From Lysobacterales bacterium (lineage in GTDB: Bacteria > Pseudomonadota > Gammaproteobacteria > Xanthomonadales > Wenzhouxiangellaceae): a stretch of 64,000 nt of DNA. This document shows positions 17,779-28,070 of the stretch, piece by piece. The stretch's first letter is position 1, and each line of letters starts with the position of its first letter. The position numbers and the translations under genes were made by a program. Under the pieces are notes generated by a model that worked only from the letters and a program-made list of their open reading frames with translations, ran no database searches and was not told where the DNA came from. The DNA is taken from the NCBI GenBank assembly GCA_034520805.1, contig JAXHNG010000008.1, forward strand, positions 489,513-553,512, in the 5' to 3' direction.

Positions 17779-19911
17779 ATGCAAGCCGACACCACTGACG
17801 GCAAGTACCGAGTGACCCAGCTTGCCGAACCGCTCGAGCGCTGGTCCGAGCAAGCACTCGATGAACCGGCGCTGTTGTTCAACCATGAAACCAGCCTGCT
17901 GGCCTTCCATCGGCGGGTGCTCTCGCTTGCCCGCGACGAGACGCAGCCGCTGCTCGAACGGCTGCGCTTCCTTTGTATTTCGTGCACCAACCTTGACGAG
18001 TTCTTCGAGGTCCGCGTCGCCGCCATTCGCCAGCGTATCCGACTCGGGGCCAACCAGCCCGGGGCCGACGGTCTTTCCCCGCAGAGCACGATTGCAGCCA
18101 TTCGCGAGCGTGTGCTGGAGATGGTCGAAGCCCAGTACCGCATACTCGACGAAGAACTACTGCCGGCGCTCGAGCAGCAGGGCATTCGCATCATCGCCCG
18201 CAATCGCTTCACGCAGCGCCAGCGGCGCTGGCTGCATCATCATTTTCGCAGCCAGATCCTGCCGGTGCTCAGCCCGCTCGGGCTCGACCCGGCGCATCCG
18301 TTTCCACGCATTCTCAACAAAAGCCTGAACTTCGCCGTCTCCCTGGCCGGGCGGGACGCATTCGGCCGGAACGGTTCGATGGCCCTGGTGCGGGCACCGC
18401 GCTCGCTGCCGCGCATTATCCGCATTCCCAAGAGCTACTCGGCAGGCCCGGATGATTTCGTGTTCCTGTCGTCGATCGTGCACGAGTTCATTGACGAGCT
18501 CTTCCCCGGCATGGAAGTCCTCGGCAGTTACCAGTTCCGGGTCACGCGCAACAGCGAACTACTGGTCGACGAGGAGGAAGTCGAGGATCTCGCGCGGGCG
18601 CTCGAGGGCGAACTCATGGAGCGCGGTTTCGCGGAGGCAGTGCGCCTGGAAGTGGCCACCGGCTGCCCCGACCATGTCGTCAACCTGCTCGCGAGCAAGT
18701 TCGGCGTGGAACTCGATGACGTCTATCAATGCAACGGGCCGGTCAACCTCAACCGCCTTGTCGCCGTCTACGACCTCACCGACCGGCCGGAGCTGAAATT
18801 CCCGTCGTTCAACCCGCGCGTTCCCCAGGCGCTGGCCGCCCCGAACGACCTGTTCGCCAGCCTCAAGCGCCGCGATCACGTACTGCACCATCCCTACGAC
18901 AGTTTCCAGCCCGTGCTCGACCTCGCCCGGCAGGCCGCCCGCGACCCGCAGGTACTGGCGATCAAGCAGACGCTGTACCGCACGGGCGTGGATTCGATGC
19001 TCGCCGACCTGCTCATCGAGGCCGCGCGGGCCGGCAAGGACGTCACGGTGGTGGTCGAGCTGCGCGCGCGTTTCGACGAGGAGGCCAATATCAATCTCGC
19101 CACGCGCATGCAGGAAGCCGGCGTGCAGGTGGTCTACGGCGTGGTCGGTCACAAGGCCCATGCAAAGATGATGCTGATCGTGCGCCGGGAGGGCCGCCGC
19201 CTGCGCCGCTACGTCCACCTGGGGACCGGCAACTATCACCAGGGAACCGCCAAGGCCTACACCGACTGGGGCATGCTCAGCGCCGATCCCGACCTCGCCC
19301 AGGACGTTCACCGCGTGTTTCAGCTGCTGTCCGGCTTCGGCCGGGTCCAGTCGCTCAAACGCCTGGTGCAGTCGCCTTTCGACCTGCACGACTTCCTCAT
19401 CGGCCGGATCGAACGCGAAGCCGAGCACGCCCGCGCTGGCCGCGAGGGCCTGATCATGGCCAAGATGAACGGCCTGACCGAACCGGAGGTCATTCGTGCG
19501 CTCTACCGCGCCTCTCGCGCCGGCGCGACGGTGCGCCTGGTCGTGCGCGGCAGCTGTTGCTTGCGCCCGGGGGTTGCAGGCCTGTCGGAGAACATCCGCG
19601 TGCGCTCGGTGCTGGGCCGCTTCCTCGAGCACTCCAGGGTTTATCATTTCGGCAACAACGGCGAGGCGGAGACCTGGGCGTCCAGCGCGGACTGGATGGG
19701 CCGCAACCTATTCCAGCGCGTGGAAGTCTGTTTCCCCATCACCGACGCTGAAGCAGCCGAACGCGTACGACACGACAGTCTCGACCTCGTGTTCCGCGAC
19801 GACGTACAGGCCTGGGAGCTCGACGGCCAGGGACAGTGGCAACTCTTACGCTCGGGCGAGAGCGACCTTCACGTGCAGGAATTGCTGATGCAGAAAGCCG
19901 CCGATGCCTGA
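17779..19911 (+). CDS. ppk1: Polyphosphate kinase 1
   Basis: NLDEFFEVRVA, DPAHPFP, HHPYDSF, IKQTLYRT, ARFDEEANI, HLGTGNY, GRFLEHSR. Confidence 0.97.
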   Translation: MQADTTDGKYRVTQLAEPLERWSEQALDEPALLFNHETSLLAFHRRVLSLARDETQPLLERLRFLCISCTNLDEFFEVRVAAIRQRIRLGANQPGADGLSPQSTIAAIRERVLEMVEAQYRILDEELLPALEQQGIRIIARNRFTQRQRRWLHHHFRSQILPVLSPLGLDPAHPFPRILNKSLNFAVSLAGRDAFGRNGSMALVRAPRSLPRIIRIPKSYSAGPDDFVFLSSIVHEFIDELFPGMEVLGSYQFRVTRNSELLVDEEEVEDLARALEGELMERGFAEAVRLEVATGCPDHVVNLLASKFGVELDDVYQCNGPVNLNRLVAVYDLTDRPELKFPSFNPRVPQALAAPNDLFASLKRRDHVLHHPYDSFQPVLDLARQAARDPQVLAIKQTLYRTGVDSMLADLLIEAARAGKDVTVVVELRARFDEEANINLATRMQEAGVQVVYGVVGHKAHAKMMLIVRREGRRLRRYVHLGTGNYHQGTAKAYTDWGMLSADPDLAQDVHRVFQLLSGFGRVQSLKRLVQSPFDLHDFLIGRIEREAEHARAGREGLIMAKMNGLTEPEVIRALYRASRAGATVRLVVRGSCCLRPGVAGLSENIRVRSVLGRFLEHSRVYHFGNNGEAETWASSADWMGRNLFQRVEVCFPITDAEAAERVRHDSLDLVFRDDVQAWELDGQGQWQLLRSGESDLHVQELLMQKAADA

Positions 19912-21412
19912 CGCGCCTACCCATCACGCGGCGATCGACCTGGGCAGCAACAGCTTCCACATGGTCGTCGCCCACCATGACGGCCACCAGCTGCGCATCG
20001 TCGACCGCATCAAGGACATGGTGCGGCTGGCCGGCGGTATCGACCGCAACGGTCAGCTCGACCCGGTTGTTCGTGAACGTGCGCTGGCGTCCCTGGCGCG
20101 CTTCGGCCAGCGCATCGCCGGACTGCCCAGTCTGCAGGTCCGGGCCGTCGGTACGCAGAGTTTTCGCCGCCTCGCTCATCCGGCGACCTTCCTGGTCGTG
20201 GCCGAAACGGCGCTGGGCTGCCCCATCGACGTCATCAGCGGCAGCGAGGAAGCGCGGCTGGTCTACCTGGGCGTCCATCAGGGCATGCCGGTCGGCGAGG
20301 GACGCAGTCTCGTCGTCGATATCGGCGGCGGTTCCACGGAGATTGCCATCGGCGAAGGCGACGAACCCGAGCTGACCGAAACCGTCCCGGCCGGCTGCGT
20401 TTCGATTACCGAGGCGCATTTCAAACGCGGCAAGATCACCGCCGCGCGCTTTCGACGTGCCGTCGAAGCCGTCGAGGATCGCCTGGTCGAACTCGTCACG
20501 CCGTGCCGGAAGCTGGACTGGCAGCGGGTCATCGGCTCGTCGGGCACGCTCAGGGCCATCGCGGCGATGGCCGCCGGCGGCGAGGACGGCGCCCGCGGAT
20601 TCGCGCGAAGCGATCTGGATCGCCTGCGCGAGGCCGTGATCAAGGCCGGCCACGTCGATCGTATCGATCTGCCCGGGCTTTCGGCCCGTCGCGGCCCGGT
20701 GATCGTCGGCGGTCTCGCCATCGTCGAGGCGCTTTCCAACGCACTGGGCATCGATCGCTTCGAGGTTTCGTCCTTCGCGCTCAGGGAGGGCCTGCTGCAC
20801 GATCTCATCGGGCGGCTGCATCACAGCGATCCGCGCGCACGCAGCGTGGCCGGCATGGCCGAACGCCTCGGCTGCGACCGCGACCAGGCCGCGCGCGTTC
20901 ATGACTGGGCACAGGCGGCATTCGAGCAGGTCGCCGACGACTGGCAGCTGGACGAGAACCACCGCGACCTGCTTCTTTGGGCCGCGCAGCTGCACGAGCT
21001 GGGCCGGTCGGTCAACCACCATCACCACCAGAAGCATGGCGCCTACCTGGTGTCCAACGCCGACATGCCTGGCTTCACGCGCCCCGAGCAGCGCTTCATG
21101 GCGGCACTGATCGCGCTGCAGCGCGGCAAGATCCAGACCGAAGTGACCGAATGGGTGCCGCAGCGCATGAGCCTGGCGCTCACCCGGCTGGCCGCGTTGC
21201 TGCGCCTGGCCGTCACACTGGCCCGCCCGCGCGACGATCGCGCCATGCCGGATTTCTCGCTTTCGCTCAGCGACGGCTCGCTCGTCCTCGGGCTGCCGCC
21301 GGAATGGCTCGATGGCCATCCGTTGAGCGCTCGCGGGCTTGGCTACCAGCAGCGCCAGCTCGGCAAGCTGGGCCTCACACTCGATATCGACAACATCCGC
21401 GGGTCGGAGTGA
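19904..21412 (+). CDS. ppx: Exopolyphosphatase Ppx/GppA
   Basis: AAIDLGSNSFH, ISGSEEARL, DIGGGSTE, ALREG, HD-like C-terminal domain. Confidence 0.93.
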   Translation: MPDAPTHHAAIDLGSNSFHMVVAHHDGHQLRIVDRIKDMVRLAGGIDRNGQLDPVVRERALASLARFGQRIAGLPSLQVRAVGTQSFRRLAHPATFLVVAETALGCPIDVISGSEEARLVYLGVHQGMPVGEGRSLVVDIGGGSTEIAIGEGDEPELTETVPAGCVSITEAHFKRGKITAARFRRAVEAVEDRLVELVTPCRKLDWQRVIGSSGTLRAIAAMAAGGEDGARGFARSDLDRLREAVIKAGHVDRIDLPGLSARRGPVIVGGLAIVEALSNALGIDRFEVSSFALREGLLHDLIGRLHHSDPRARSVAGMAERLGCDRDQAARVHDWAQAAFEQVADDWQLDENHRDLLLWAAQLHELGRSVNHHHHQKHGAYLVSNADMPGFTRPEQRFMAALIALQRGKIQTEVTEWVPQRMSLALTRLAALLRLAVTLARPRDDRAMPDFSLSLSDGSLVLGLPPEWLDGHPLSARGLGYQQRQLGKLGLTLDIDNIRGSE

Positions 21413-21419
21413 CCATCGC

Positions 21420-22361
21420 ATGACCGACTGGCGACCGAGCGCATCGGCCGCGGCCCTTCGCCAGCGGGCCGAACTGCTGTCCAGGGTGCGCGACTTCTTC
21501 ACCCAACGCGGCCTGATCGAAGTCCAGACCCCCCTCATAACGGCCTCGGGCGTGACCGACCTGCATATCGAAAGCGTGGCCACCGATACGCCCGCCGGCT
21601 GGCTGCGCACCTCGCCGGAGTACTTTCACAAGCGCCTGCTTGCCGCGGGCTTCGGCGATCTCTACGAACTCGGCCCGGTCTTCCGGCGCGGCGAGAGCGG
21701 CCGCAATCACCAGCCCGAATTCACGTTGCTGGAGTGGTACCGGGTCGGCTGGAGCTGGCGTCGCCTGGCCGAAGAGGTGGTGGACCTGATCGACCACGCG
21801 CTGCCCACGACCCAGGGCACACGGAACGTTCGCTGGCTGGGCTGGAACGATTGCTTCCTGGCGTCCCTCGGCATCGATGCCCTGGCGGCCGATACGGGCG
21901 AACTGGAACGGCTCGCCGAGGATGCCCCGAAGGGACTCGACCGCGACGCCCTGCTCGACTGGCTCTTCGCCACCCGCATTCAGCCGGGCTTCGACGACGG
22001 CACCCTGACGGTGGTACACGACTATCCCGCAAGCCAGGCCGCCCTGGCCCGTATTCACCCAGAAGATGCGCGCCTGGCCGAACGCTTCGAGGTTTTCGCA
22101 GGCCCCATGGAGTTGGCCAACGGCTACCGGGAACTCACCGACGCCCAGGAACAGCGCCAGCGCTTCGAGCGCGACAACCGGTCGCGGCGGGACAATGGCC
22201 AGGCGCCGATGCCCATCGACACCGCCCTGCTCGAGGCAATGGCCGAAGGACTGCCGGAATGCGCCGGCGTGGCCCTGGGCTTTGACCGCCTGCTCATGGC
22301 GGCCAGCGGCGAGGAGACTATCGAGCGAGTGGTGTCATTCGCGCATCGGCTGTCGTTGTAA
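21420..22361 (+). CDS. epmA: EF-P lysine aminoacylase
   Basis: WRPSAS, LRTSPE, FR.GE.GR.HQPEFTLLEWYR, ERFE, ELANGY, GVALGFDRL; no anticodon-binding domain. Confidence 0.93.
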   Translation: MTDWRPSASAAALRQRAELLSRVRDFFTQRGLIEVQTPLITASGVTDLHIESVATDTPAGWLRTSPEYFHKRLLAAGFGDLYELGPVFRRGESGRNHQPEFTLLEWYRVGWSWRRLAEEVVDLIDHALPTTQGTRNVRWLGWNDCFLASLGIDALAADTGELERLAEDAPKGLDRDALLDWLFATRIQPGFDDGTLTVVHDYPASQAALARIHPEDARLAERFEVFAGPMELANGYRELTDAQEQRQRFERDNRSRRDNGQAPMPIDTALLEAMAEGLPECAGVALGFDRLLMAASGEETIERVVSFAHRLSL

Positions 22362-22887
22362 GCGGCCACTTCCAACGCTCACCGAGACGGTCGACCCAGA
22401 GTTTTCCGCGCTGGGAGACGGACATCGCGTTGGGGCGGAGCATGCGTCGAAGCCCCGCCGCGTCGATTTCGACTTTCTCGTGGTCGGCGGTGATGACGAC
22501 CAGGCGCTGACCGTCGGGGAGCGGCCCGTCGACGCGAACGCGCTCCGACCAGGCCGGCAGTTTCGGCATCAGCGCCCCTTCAGCATCGCGCAGGCCGGCC
22601 AGCCAGGCATGCGTCACTTCACCGGAGTCACCTTCGATGCGCCACAGCTCGATCGGCTGGCTGCGTGCCACGACCACCGACTCGCTCGAAACCGCCGCCC
22701 CAGCCGGCAAGAACAGACGCTCCACGCGACCGGGCCCGGCCTCGGCCAGCACTTCTTCGACTCGCTCCGGCCAGGCCGGCAACAGAACATGGCGGGCCGG
22801 CAGGGTAACGGACACAGCGATCAGGGCCAGCAGAACCGCGGCGGTTCCCGACCGACGCAGCACAAAGGACAGCAAGCGTGGCATCAT
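22318..22887 (-). CDS. Hypothetical membrane-anchored protein
   Basis: N-terminal hydrophobic segment; fills the gap between epmA and the divergent gene; extended -10 upstream; RPNAMS motif. Confidence 0.6.
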   Translation of the reverse strand: MMPRLLSFVLRRSGTAAVLLALIAVSVTLPARHVLLPAWPERVEEVLAEAGPGRVERLFLPAGAAVSSESVVVARSQPIELWRIEGDSGEVTHAWLAGLRDAEGALMPKLPAWSERVRVDGPLPDGQRLVVITADHEKVEIDAAGLRRMLRPNAMSVSQRGKLWVDRLGERWKWPLTTTADARMTPLAR

Positions 22888-22968
22888 ATGCAAAAATATA
22901 GCATTGCCCGGCTCCATGGGGGACAGCAAACAGGAGCTTCGGGGTCTTGAAAACTAGCCGGAGCACGC

Positions 22969-23931
22969 ATGGAGAACGAAATTCGGGTTCGACCCGCCCG
23001 TAGTTCGGAAGTCGTCACACTCGCCAAACTGGTCAAGTCTCGCCTGCCCGACATGATGTCGCAGGTGCGGCGGGCCGACAGCGTCGAGACCCACCTGGCC
23101 GAGCTGGTGCCCGATCAGGCACTGCTGGTGGCTACCCACGGCTCTCGTCTTGCCGGCCTGGGGGCGCTCGACCTCGACCACCGGCGCATCCTGGCCTGCT
23201 ACCTGGACCCGGAAGTCGCCTCGCCGGACACGCCGCGGCGCCTGTTCGAAGCCCTCGAACGCCATGCATTGCGCTTCGGCATTCGCCAACTCAACGGCGT
23301 GGCCCGCAAGCGCGTCGCGGGCTTCATGCGCTCGCTCGGCTACGAATGCCGTCCCGACCCTGACGACGAAAACAATATCGTGATCACGCGCAATCTGGTC
23401 GAGCTTGCCGACGAGCCCACGCGCGAGATCCTGGACATGTGCGACAAGCTGGGCGTTCCCGAGGACTACGGCGTGGCGCATCGCATGCCGCTGGTTACCG
23501 AGGCCAGGAACCTGGTGTTCGCCGCGCAAGACATCTTCGAGCGCGAGCAGCGCCTGATCGAAGACGCCGCCGACGCCTTCAAGCGCATGCGCGATGCGGC
23601 GCTGAAATCCAACATCGAGATCCGAATGGTCTCCGGCTTCCGTGCCGTGGCCTACCAGGCCAATCTGTTCCGGCGCAAGCTCGACCAGGGTCACTCGATG
23701 AAGGAAATCCTGCAGGTCTCCGCACCGCCCGGCTACAGCGAGCACCACAGCGGCCGGGCCATCGACGTGACGACACGCGGCGTCAAACCGCTGGTCGAGG
23801 ACTTCGCCAGCACCGGCGCCTACCAGTGGCTGCTCAGCAATGCCCGGGTATTCGGCTTTCGCGAATCCTATCCCCGCCACAACCGCCACCGGATTGCGTG
23901 GGAGCCGTGGCACTGGTACTTCACGCGCTGA
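22969..23931 (+). CDS. GNAT-like domain fused to M15B (VanY-type) D-Ala-D-Ala carboxypeptidase
   Basis: N-terminal IRVRPA...FEALERHA..G.....F.RSLGY; C-terminal SGFR, SAPPGYSEHHSGRAID, EPWH; GGAG Shine-Dalgarno. Confidence 0.85.
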   Translation: MENEIRVRPARSSEVVTLAKLVKSRLPDMMSQVRRADSVETHLAELVPDQALLVATHGSRLAGLGALDLDHRRILACYLDPEVASPDTPRRLFEALERHALRFGIRQLNGVARKRVAGFMRSLGYECRPDPDDENNIVITRNLVELADEPTREILDMCDKLGVPEDYGVAHRMPLVTEARNLVFAAQDIFEREQRLIEDAADAFKRMRDAALKSNIEIRMVSGFRAVAYQANLFRRKLDQGHSMKEILQVSAPPGYSEHHSGRAIDVTTRGVKPLVEDFASTGAYQWLLSNARVFGFRESYPRHNRHRIAWEPWHWYFTR

Positions 23932-24209
23932 GAAAATCTCCGCTAAGCGCCGCGAGCACAAGCCTGGCGGCGTCCGGCAGCGTAGGCAGCGGAGCCTTGG
24001 CGGTTTTCCGAAGGAAAGAAGCCGAGGCGGAGTGCCGTTAAACGCGTACTCGAAATCCTCATGTACACCCGAGTACACGCGCAACGGCTGCAACCCGGCG
24101 CTCCTTGCGCTTCGCGCAAACCGCACCGGCTATTCCGCCTGCGCTCCGGTTCCTGCGTTCCGGCGGCCACCACCAGACTTGCGCTCGCGACGCTTACCGA
24201 AGATTTTCT
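23931..24209. mobile_element. Degenerate MITE/ERIC-like palindromic element
   Basis: 37-bp arms 23931-23967 and 24173-24209 match at 32/37; internal TGTAC-N-GTACA hairpin. Confidence 0.7.
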
Positions 24210-24235
24210 TCTTCGATCTGACTCCGTACACGAAC

Positions 24236-24508
24236 TTAGTGTACCCCGTCACTCATCTTGTAACTTATAGAGCGCCGTACAAGCTCGAGCGCAAGGCGGC
24301 GCTCACCGGGAAGGGTGGTGCCCTTTGCAAGAGCGCCAACGCCGCGATCGGGCTGTGTACGGCGCTCCCTCCGGGCGAGCGCCTCAGAGGCCATCTGCGG
24401 CGTTGCAATTGCTTGACGTAGCACCCACTACGCCGGCGCAATCGCGCCTTGCAGCTGACCCCTGAGGCACTCGCTATAAGTCACAAGATGAGTGACGGGG
24501 TACACTAG
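24236..24508. mobile_element. MITE-like element with 35-bp terminal inverted repeats (33/35), YTAG ends
   Basis: ttagtgtaccccgtcactcatcttgtaacttatag versus ctataagtcacaagatgagtgacggggtacactag; nested hairpins. Confidence 0.85.
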
Positions 24509-24608
24509 GATCTCCTTAGGAAATCGGACTTCCAGAAACTTTTCTCGCGTTCCGAAGGGCCAGCATCTGCTTTCAATGAAGACGCTTATCGGAGCCCAAG
24601 GTTCTCTT

Positions 24609-26021
24609 CTAGCTTCGGATTGACTGCCAGGCGTCGAGGGCGCGGCGGCGGGTGGCTTTTAGGTCGACGATGGGTTGGGGGTAGCCGAGTGACTTGGTTT
24701 GGTCAGCGCTCAGGGGCTGGTGGACGCGTTTGGCGTCAAGGCTCGACAGTTCCGGGCACCAGCGCCTGACGTAGTCGCCGTTCGGATCGAACTTCTCGCC
24801 CTGCAGCACCGGGTTGAAAACCCGGAAATACGGCGCGGCATCGGCACCGCAGCCGGCCGTCCACTGCCAGCCCTGGGTGTTGTTGGCCAGGTCGGCGTCG
24901 ACCAGGGTATCCCAGAACCACTTGGCCCCTTCCTGCCAGGGAACGAGCAGGTTCTTGGTCAGGAAGGAGGCGACGATCATGCGCACGCGGTTGTGCATCC
25001 AGCCCGTTTCCCATAGTTCGCGCATGCCGGCATCCACCATCGGGATGCCGGTTCGCCCGCGCTGCCAGGCGGCCAGGTCGTCGGCGTAGTCTGCGCGCTG
25101 GCGCCAGGGGAATTCCCGGAAGGCCTGCTTCAGCGACTCATCCGGCGTATGCGGAAAATGCCACAGCAGGTGGTGCGAGAACTCGCGCCAGGCCAGTTCG
25201 CTGGCAAACACCATCCGCCCCTTGCCGGTCGGCAGTTCGCCGGACGGTTCGAGCGCGCGGACAGTCTGGCCCGGCGAAATTTCCCCGAAATGCAGGTGCG
25301 GCGACAGGCAGGAGGTACCGGGCCGGTCCGGACGATCGCGGGTGGCGTGATAATCGAGCGCGCGTTCGGCAAATGCTTCCAGCCGACGCCGGGCGCCGAG
25401 CTCACCCGGGGACCAGTGCCCTTCGAATTTGTCCGGCCAGTCGTGCTCGGGCAGCAGGCCGAGCTCGTCGACCGTCATGGTCGCCGGCCAGCGCGCGGGA
25501 CCGACAAGTTCACGCGGCTCGGCGTGAACACCCGGCGGCTGCCAGTGCTTCTGGATCTGTTTCCAGAAGGGGGTGAATACGAGGTAGGGCGTGCCGTCGG
25601 CCTTGACACCCTTCCAGGGCTCGACCAGTAGCGAGCCGCTGAAGCTCTCGACCGTCAAACCGTCTTCGCGCAGCCGCCCCTTGATGGCCCGGTCGCGCTC
25701 GACCGGTCCCTTTTCGTAGACACGATTCCAGTAAACCGCGCCGGCGCCGGTAACCTTTCGGACCCGTTCGATCGCTTCGAGCGGGTCGCCTGAAGCGAGG
25801 ACGAGTCGGCTGCCGCGGTCGCGTAGCCGACCGTCGAGTTCGAGCAGTGAGTGATGCAGCCACCAGCGGCTGGCCGCACCGGCCGACCAGGGCGATTCGG
25901 ACGCCGGGTCGTCGACGTAGAGGGGAACGACGCGCGAATGGTGTGCGCGCGCGTAATCCAGGGCGGGATTGTCGGCCAGGCGCAGGTCCCGGCGAAACCA
26001 GACGATTGCGGTATCACTCAT
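24609..26021 (-). CDS. phrB: Deoxyribodipyrimidine photolyase (class I CPD)
   Basis: WFRRDLRLADNPAL, TS.LSPHLHFGEIS, WREF, GWMHNRVRM, GWQW, YFRVFNP. Confidence 0.95.
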   Translation of the reverse strand: MSDTAIVWFRRDLRLADNPALDYARAHHSRVVPLYVDDPASESPWSAGAASRWWLHHSLLELDGRLRDRGSRLVLASGDPLEAIERVRKVTGAGAVYWNRVYEKGPVERDRAIKGRLREDGLTVESFSGSLLVEPWKGVKADGTPYLVFTPFWKQIQKHWQPPGVHAEPRELVGPARWPATMTVDELGLLPEHDWPDKFEGHWSPGELGARRRLEAFAERALDYHATRDRPDRPGTSCLSPHLHFGEISPGQTVRALEPSGELPTGKGRMVFASELAWREFSHHLLWHFPHTPDESLKQAFREFPWRQRADYADDLAAWQRGRTGIPMVDAGMRELWETGWMHNRVRMIVASFLTKNLLVPWQEGAKWFWDTLVDADLANNTQGWQWTAGCGADAAPYFRVFNPVLQGEKFDPNGDYVRRWCPELSSLDAKRVHQPLSADQTKSLGYPQPIVDLKATRRRALDAWQSIRS

Positions 26022-26062
26022 GACCCGGATTGTCGCACCGGCGTCATCAATACCAAATCATT

Positions 26063-27541
26063 TTATCCCGTACCGCGTCGCTGCATTCTGGCCGAGTCGG
26101 AGCGGCGCGCTTCGAGCTTCTCGAGATAGCCATCGTCAAGGCCGGTGACGTACTCCCCGCTGAAGCAGGAGCTGTCAAAACCGTCGAGCTTGCGGTTCTT
26201 GCCGCGAACGGCCTTCTCCAGCGCTTTGAGATCCTGATAGATGAGTCGGTCGGCACCGATCACTTCGCGAATATCTTCCTCGTTGCGGCCGGATGCGACC
26301 AGCTCGCTGGCGGACGGCATGTCGATGCCGTAGACGTTGGGATAACGCACCGGCGGCGAGGCCGAAGCCAGGTAGACCTTCTTCGCGCCGGCCTCGCGGG
26401 CCATCTGGATGATCTGCTTGGAAGTCGTGCCACGCACGATGGAGTCGTCGACCAGCAGCACGTTCTTGTTCTTGAACTCGAGCGATATGGTGTTGAGCTT
26501 GCGCCGCACCGAACGCACCCGTTCTTCCTGGCCGGGCATGATGAAAGTGCGCCCGATGTAGCGGTTCTTCATCAGCCCCTCGCGGTACTTCACACCCAGC
26601 TGGTGGGCCAGCGGCAGGCAGGCCGTACGGCTTGTGTCGGGCACCGGGATAACCACGTCGATGTCGTGGTCGGACCATTCCTTGAGAATTTTCTCGGCCA
26701 GCGCCTCGCCCATGCGCAGCCGCGCCTTGTAGACCGACAGGTCGTCGATCATGGAATCGGGCCGGGAGAAGTAGACGTACTCGAACATGCAGGGCGTATA
26801 CGAGGCCGAGTGGTCGCTGACCTTGCGGTGCAGTTCGCCCTCGAGGGTGACGAAAACGCACTCGCCCGGCGCAATGTCTGAAACCAGCTCGAAGCCCAGG
26901 ATGTCGAGCACGACCGATTCGGACGCGACGATGTACTCAGGGCCTTGCGGCGCCTCGCGGCGACCGATGACGGCCGGCCGGATGCCGTTGGGGTCGCGGA
27001 AAGCGACCAGGCCGACGCCAGCGATCAGCGCCACGGCCGCGTACCCGCCCCGGCAGCGCCGATAGACGCCGTCGACCGCGGCGAAGATATGCTCGGGATG
27101 CAGGCCGTTGCTGGTATACCGGGTGAGTTCGTGCGCCAGTACGTTGAGCAGCACTTCCGAGTCCGACTCTGTATTGATGTGGCGCCGGTCCTCGGCAAAC
27201 AGTTCGTGGCTGAGTCGATCGCTATTGATCAGGTTACCGTTGTGACCGAGCGCGATGCCGCAGGGCGAGTTGACGTACATCGGCTGCGCTTCATCGGGGC
27301 GGTCGCAGCCGGCGGTGGGATACCGCACGTGACCGATGCCAACCTCGCCGGTCAAGCCGGACACGGCATCCTCGGAAAAGACGTCGCGCGCCAGGCCCAA
27401 ACCGCGGGCCGAACGCATCCGCCCGTCGTCGAGGGTGGTAATGCCGGCGGCGTCCTGGCCGCGGTGCTGCAGGATGGTCATGGCGTCATAGAGCCGGGCG
27501 GCTACCGGAGAGCGGCCCACGATTCCGACGATTCCACACAT
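26063..27541 (-). CDS. purF: Amidophosphoribosyltransferase
   Basis: [34 protein letters not shown]. Confidence 0.97.
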   Translation of the reverse strand: MCGIVGIVGRSPVAARLYDAMTILQHRGQDAAGITTLDDGRMRSARGLGLARDVFSEDAVSGLTGEVGIGHVRYPTAGCDRPDEAQPMYVNSPCGIALGHNGNLINSDRLSHELFAEDRRHINTESDSEVLLNVLAHELTRYTSNGLHPEHIFAAVDGVYRRCRGGYAAVALIAGVGLVAFRDPNGIRPAVIGRREAPQGPEYIVASESVVLDILGFELVSDIAPGECVFVTLEGELHRKVSDHSASYTPCMFEYVYFSRPDSMIDDLSVYKARLRMGEALAEKILKEWSDHDIDVVIPVPDTSRTACLPLAHQLGVKYREGLMKNRYIGRTFIMPGQEERVRSVRRKLNTISLEFKNKNVLLVDDSIVRGTTSKQIIQMAREAGAKKVYLASASPPVRYPNVYGIDMPSASELVASGRNEEDIREVIGADRLIYQDLKALEKAVRGKNRKLDGFDSSCFSGEYVTGLDDGYLEKLEARRSDSARMQRRGTG

Positions 27542-27542
27542 A

Positions 27543-28070
27543 TCAGGCGTCAGCCTCCGTAGTAACTTCTTCAGTAATGACTTGTTCGGGCAGGTAGGCC
27601 TGGATGGACTCGGGAAACAGCTCGACCAGCCAGATGGCCATTCTCTCCATCTCCGGCAACAGCATGGATTGCTGCCACCAGGGGTCCTGGATGAACGGCG
27701 TGAAACCGGCCACGATCACCGCCACCAGGACGATGGCCAGGCCGCGCAGCGCGCCGAACAGCGCGCCGAAAAGACGATCGGTGCCGCTCAGCCCGGTGCC
27801 GTCGACCAGCCTGCCCAGCAGGTAATTGATCAGGCCACCGACGACAAGCACCACCAGGAATACGCCGACGAAGGCGATGATGACGCGCACCGAAGGCACC
27901 TCGATGACGCCCTCGAGCTGAACGGCCAGCGGGCCGGCCGCCTGCAAGGCCGCGTAAACGGCGGCAATCCAGACCAGCAGGGAGAACACCTCGCGGATGA
28001 AACCGCGGAACAGGCTGACCACCATCGACACCAGTACGATGCCGAGGATGGCGTAATCGGCCCAGTTCAT
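27543..28070 (-). CDS. cvpA: Colicin V production protein
   Basis: MNWADY, RGFIRE, LSGTDR.FG..FG..RG; upstream of purF. Confidence 0.93.
   Translation of the reverse strand: MNWADYAILGIVLVSMVVSLFRGFIREVFSLLVWIAAVYAALQAAGPLAVQLEGVIEVPSVRVIIAFVGVFLVVLVVGGLINYLLGRLVDGTGLSGTDRLFGALFGALRGLAIVLVAVIVAGFTPFIQDPWWQQSMLLPEMERMAIWLVELFPESIQAYLPEQVITEEVTTEADA

Noticed and set aside
23840-24424. ORFs of 62-193 aa across the MITE region
   Set aside because: They run through inverted repeats and have no recognisable domain
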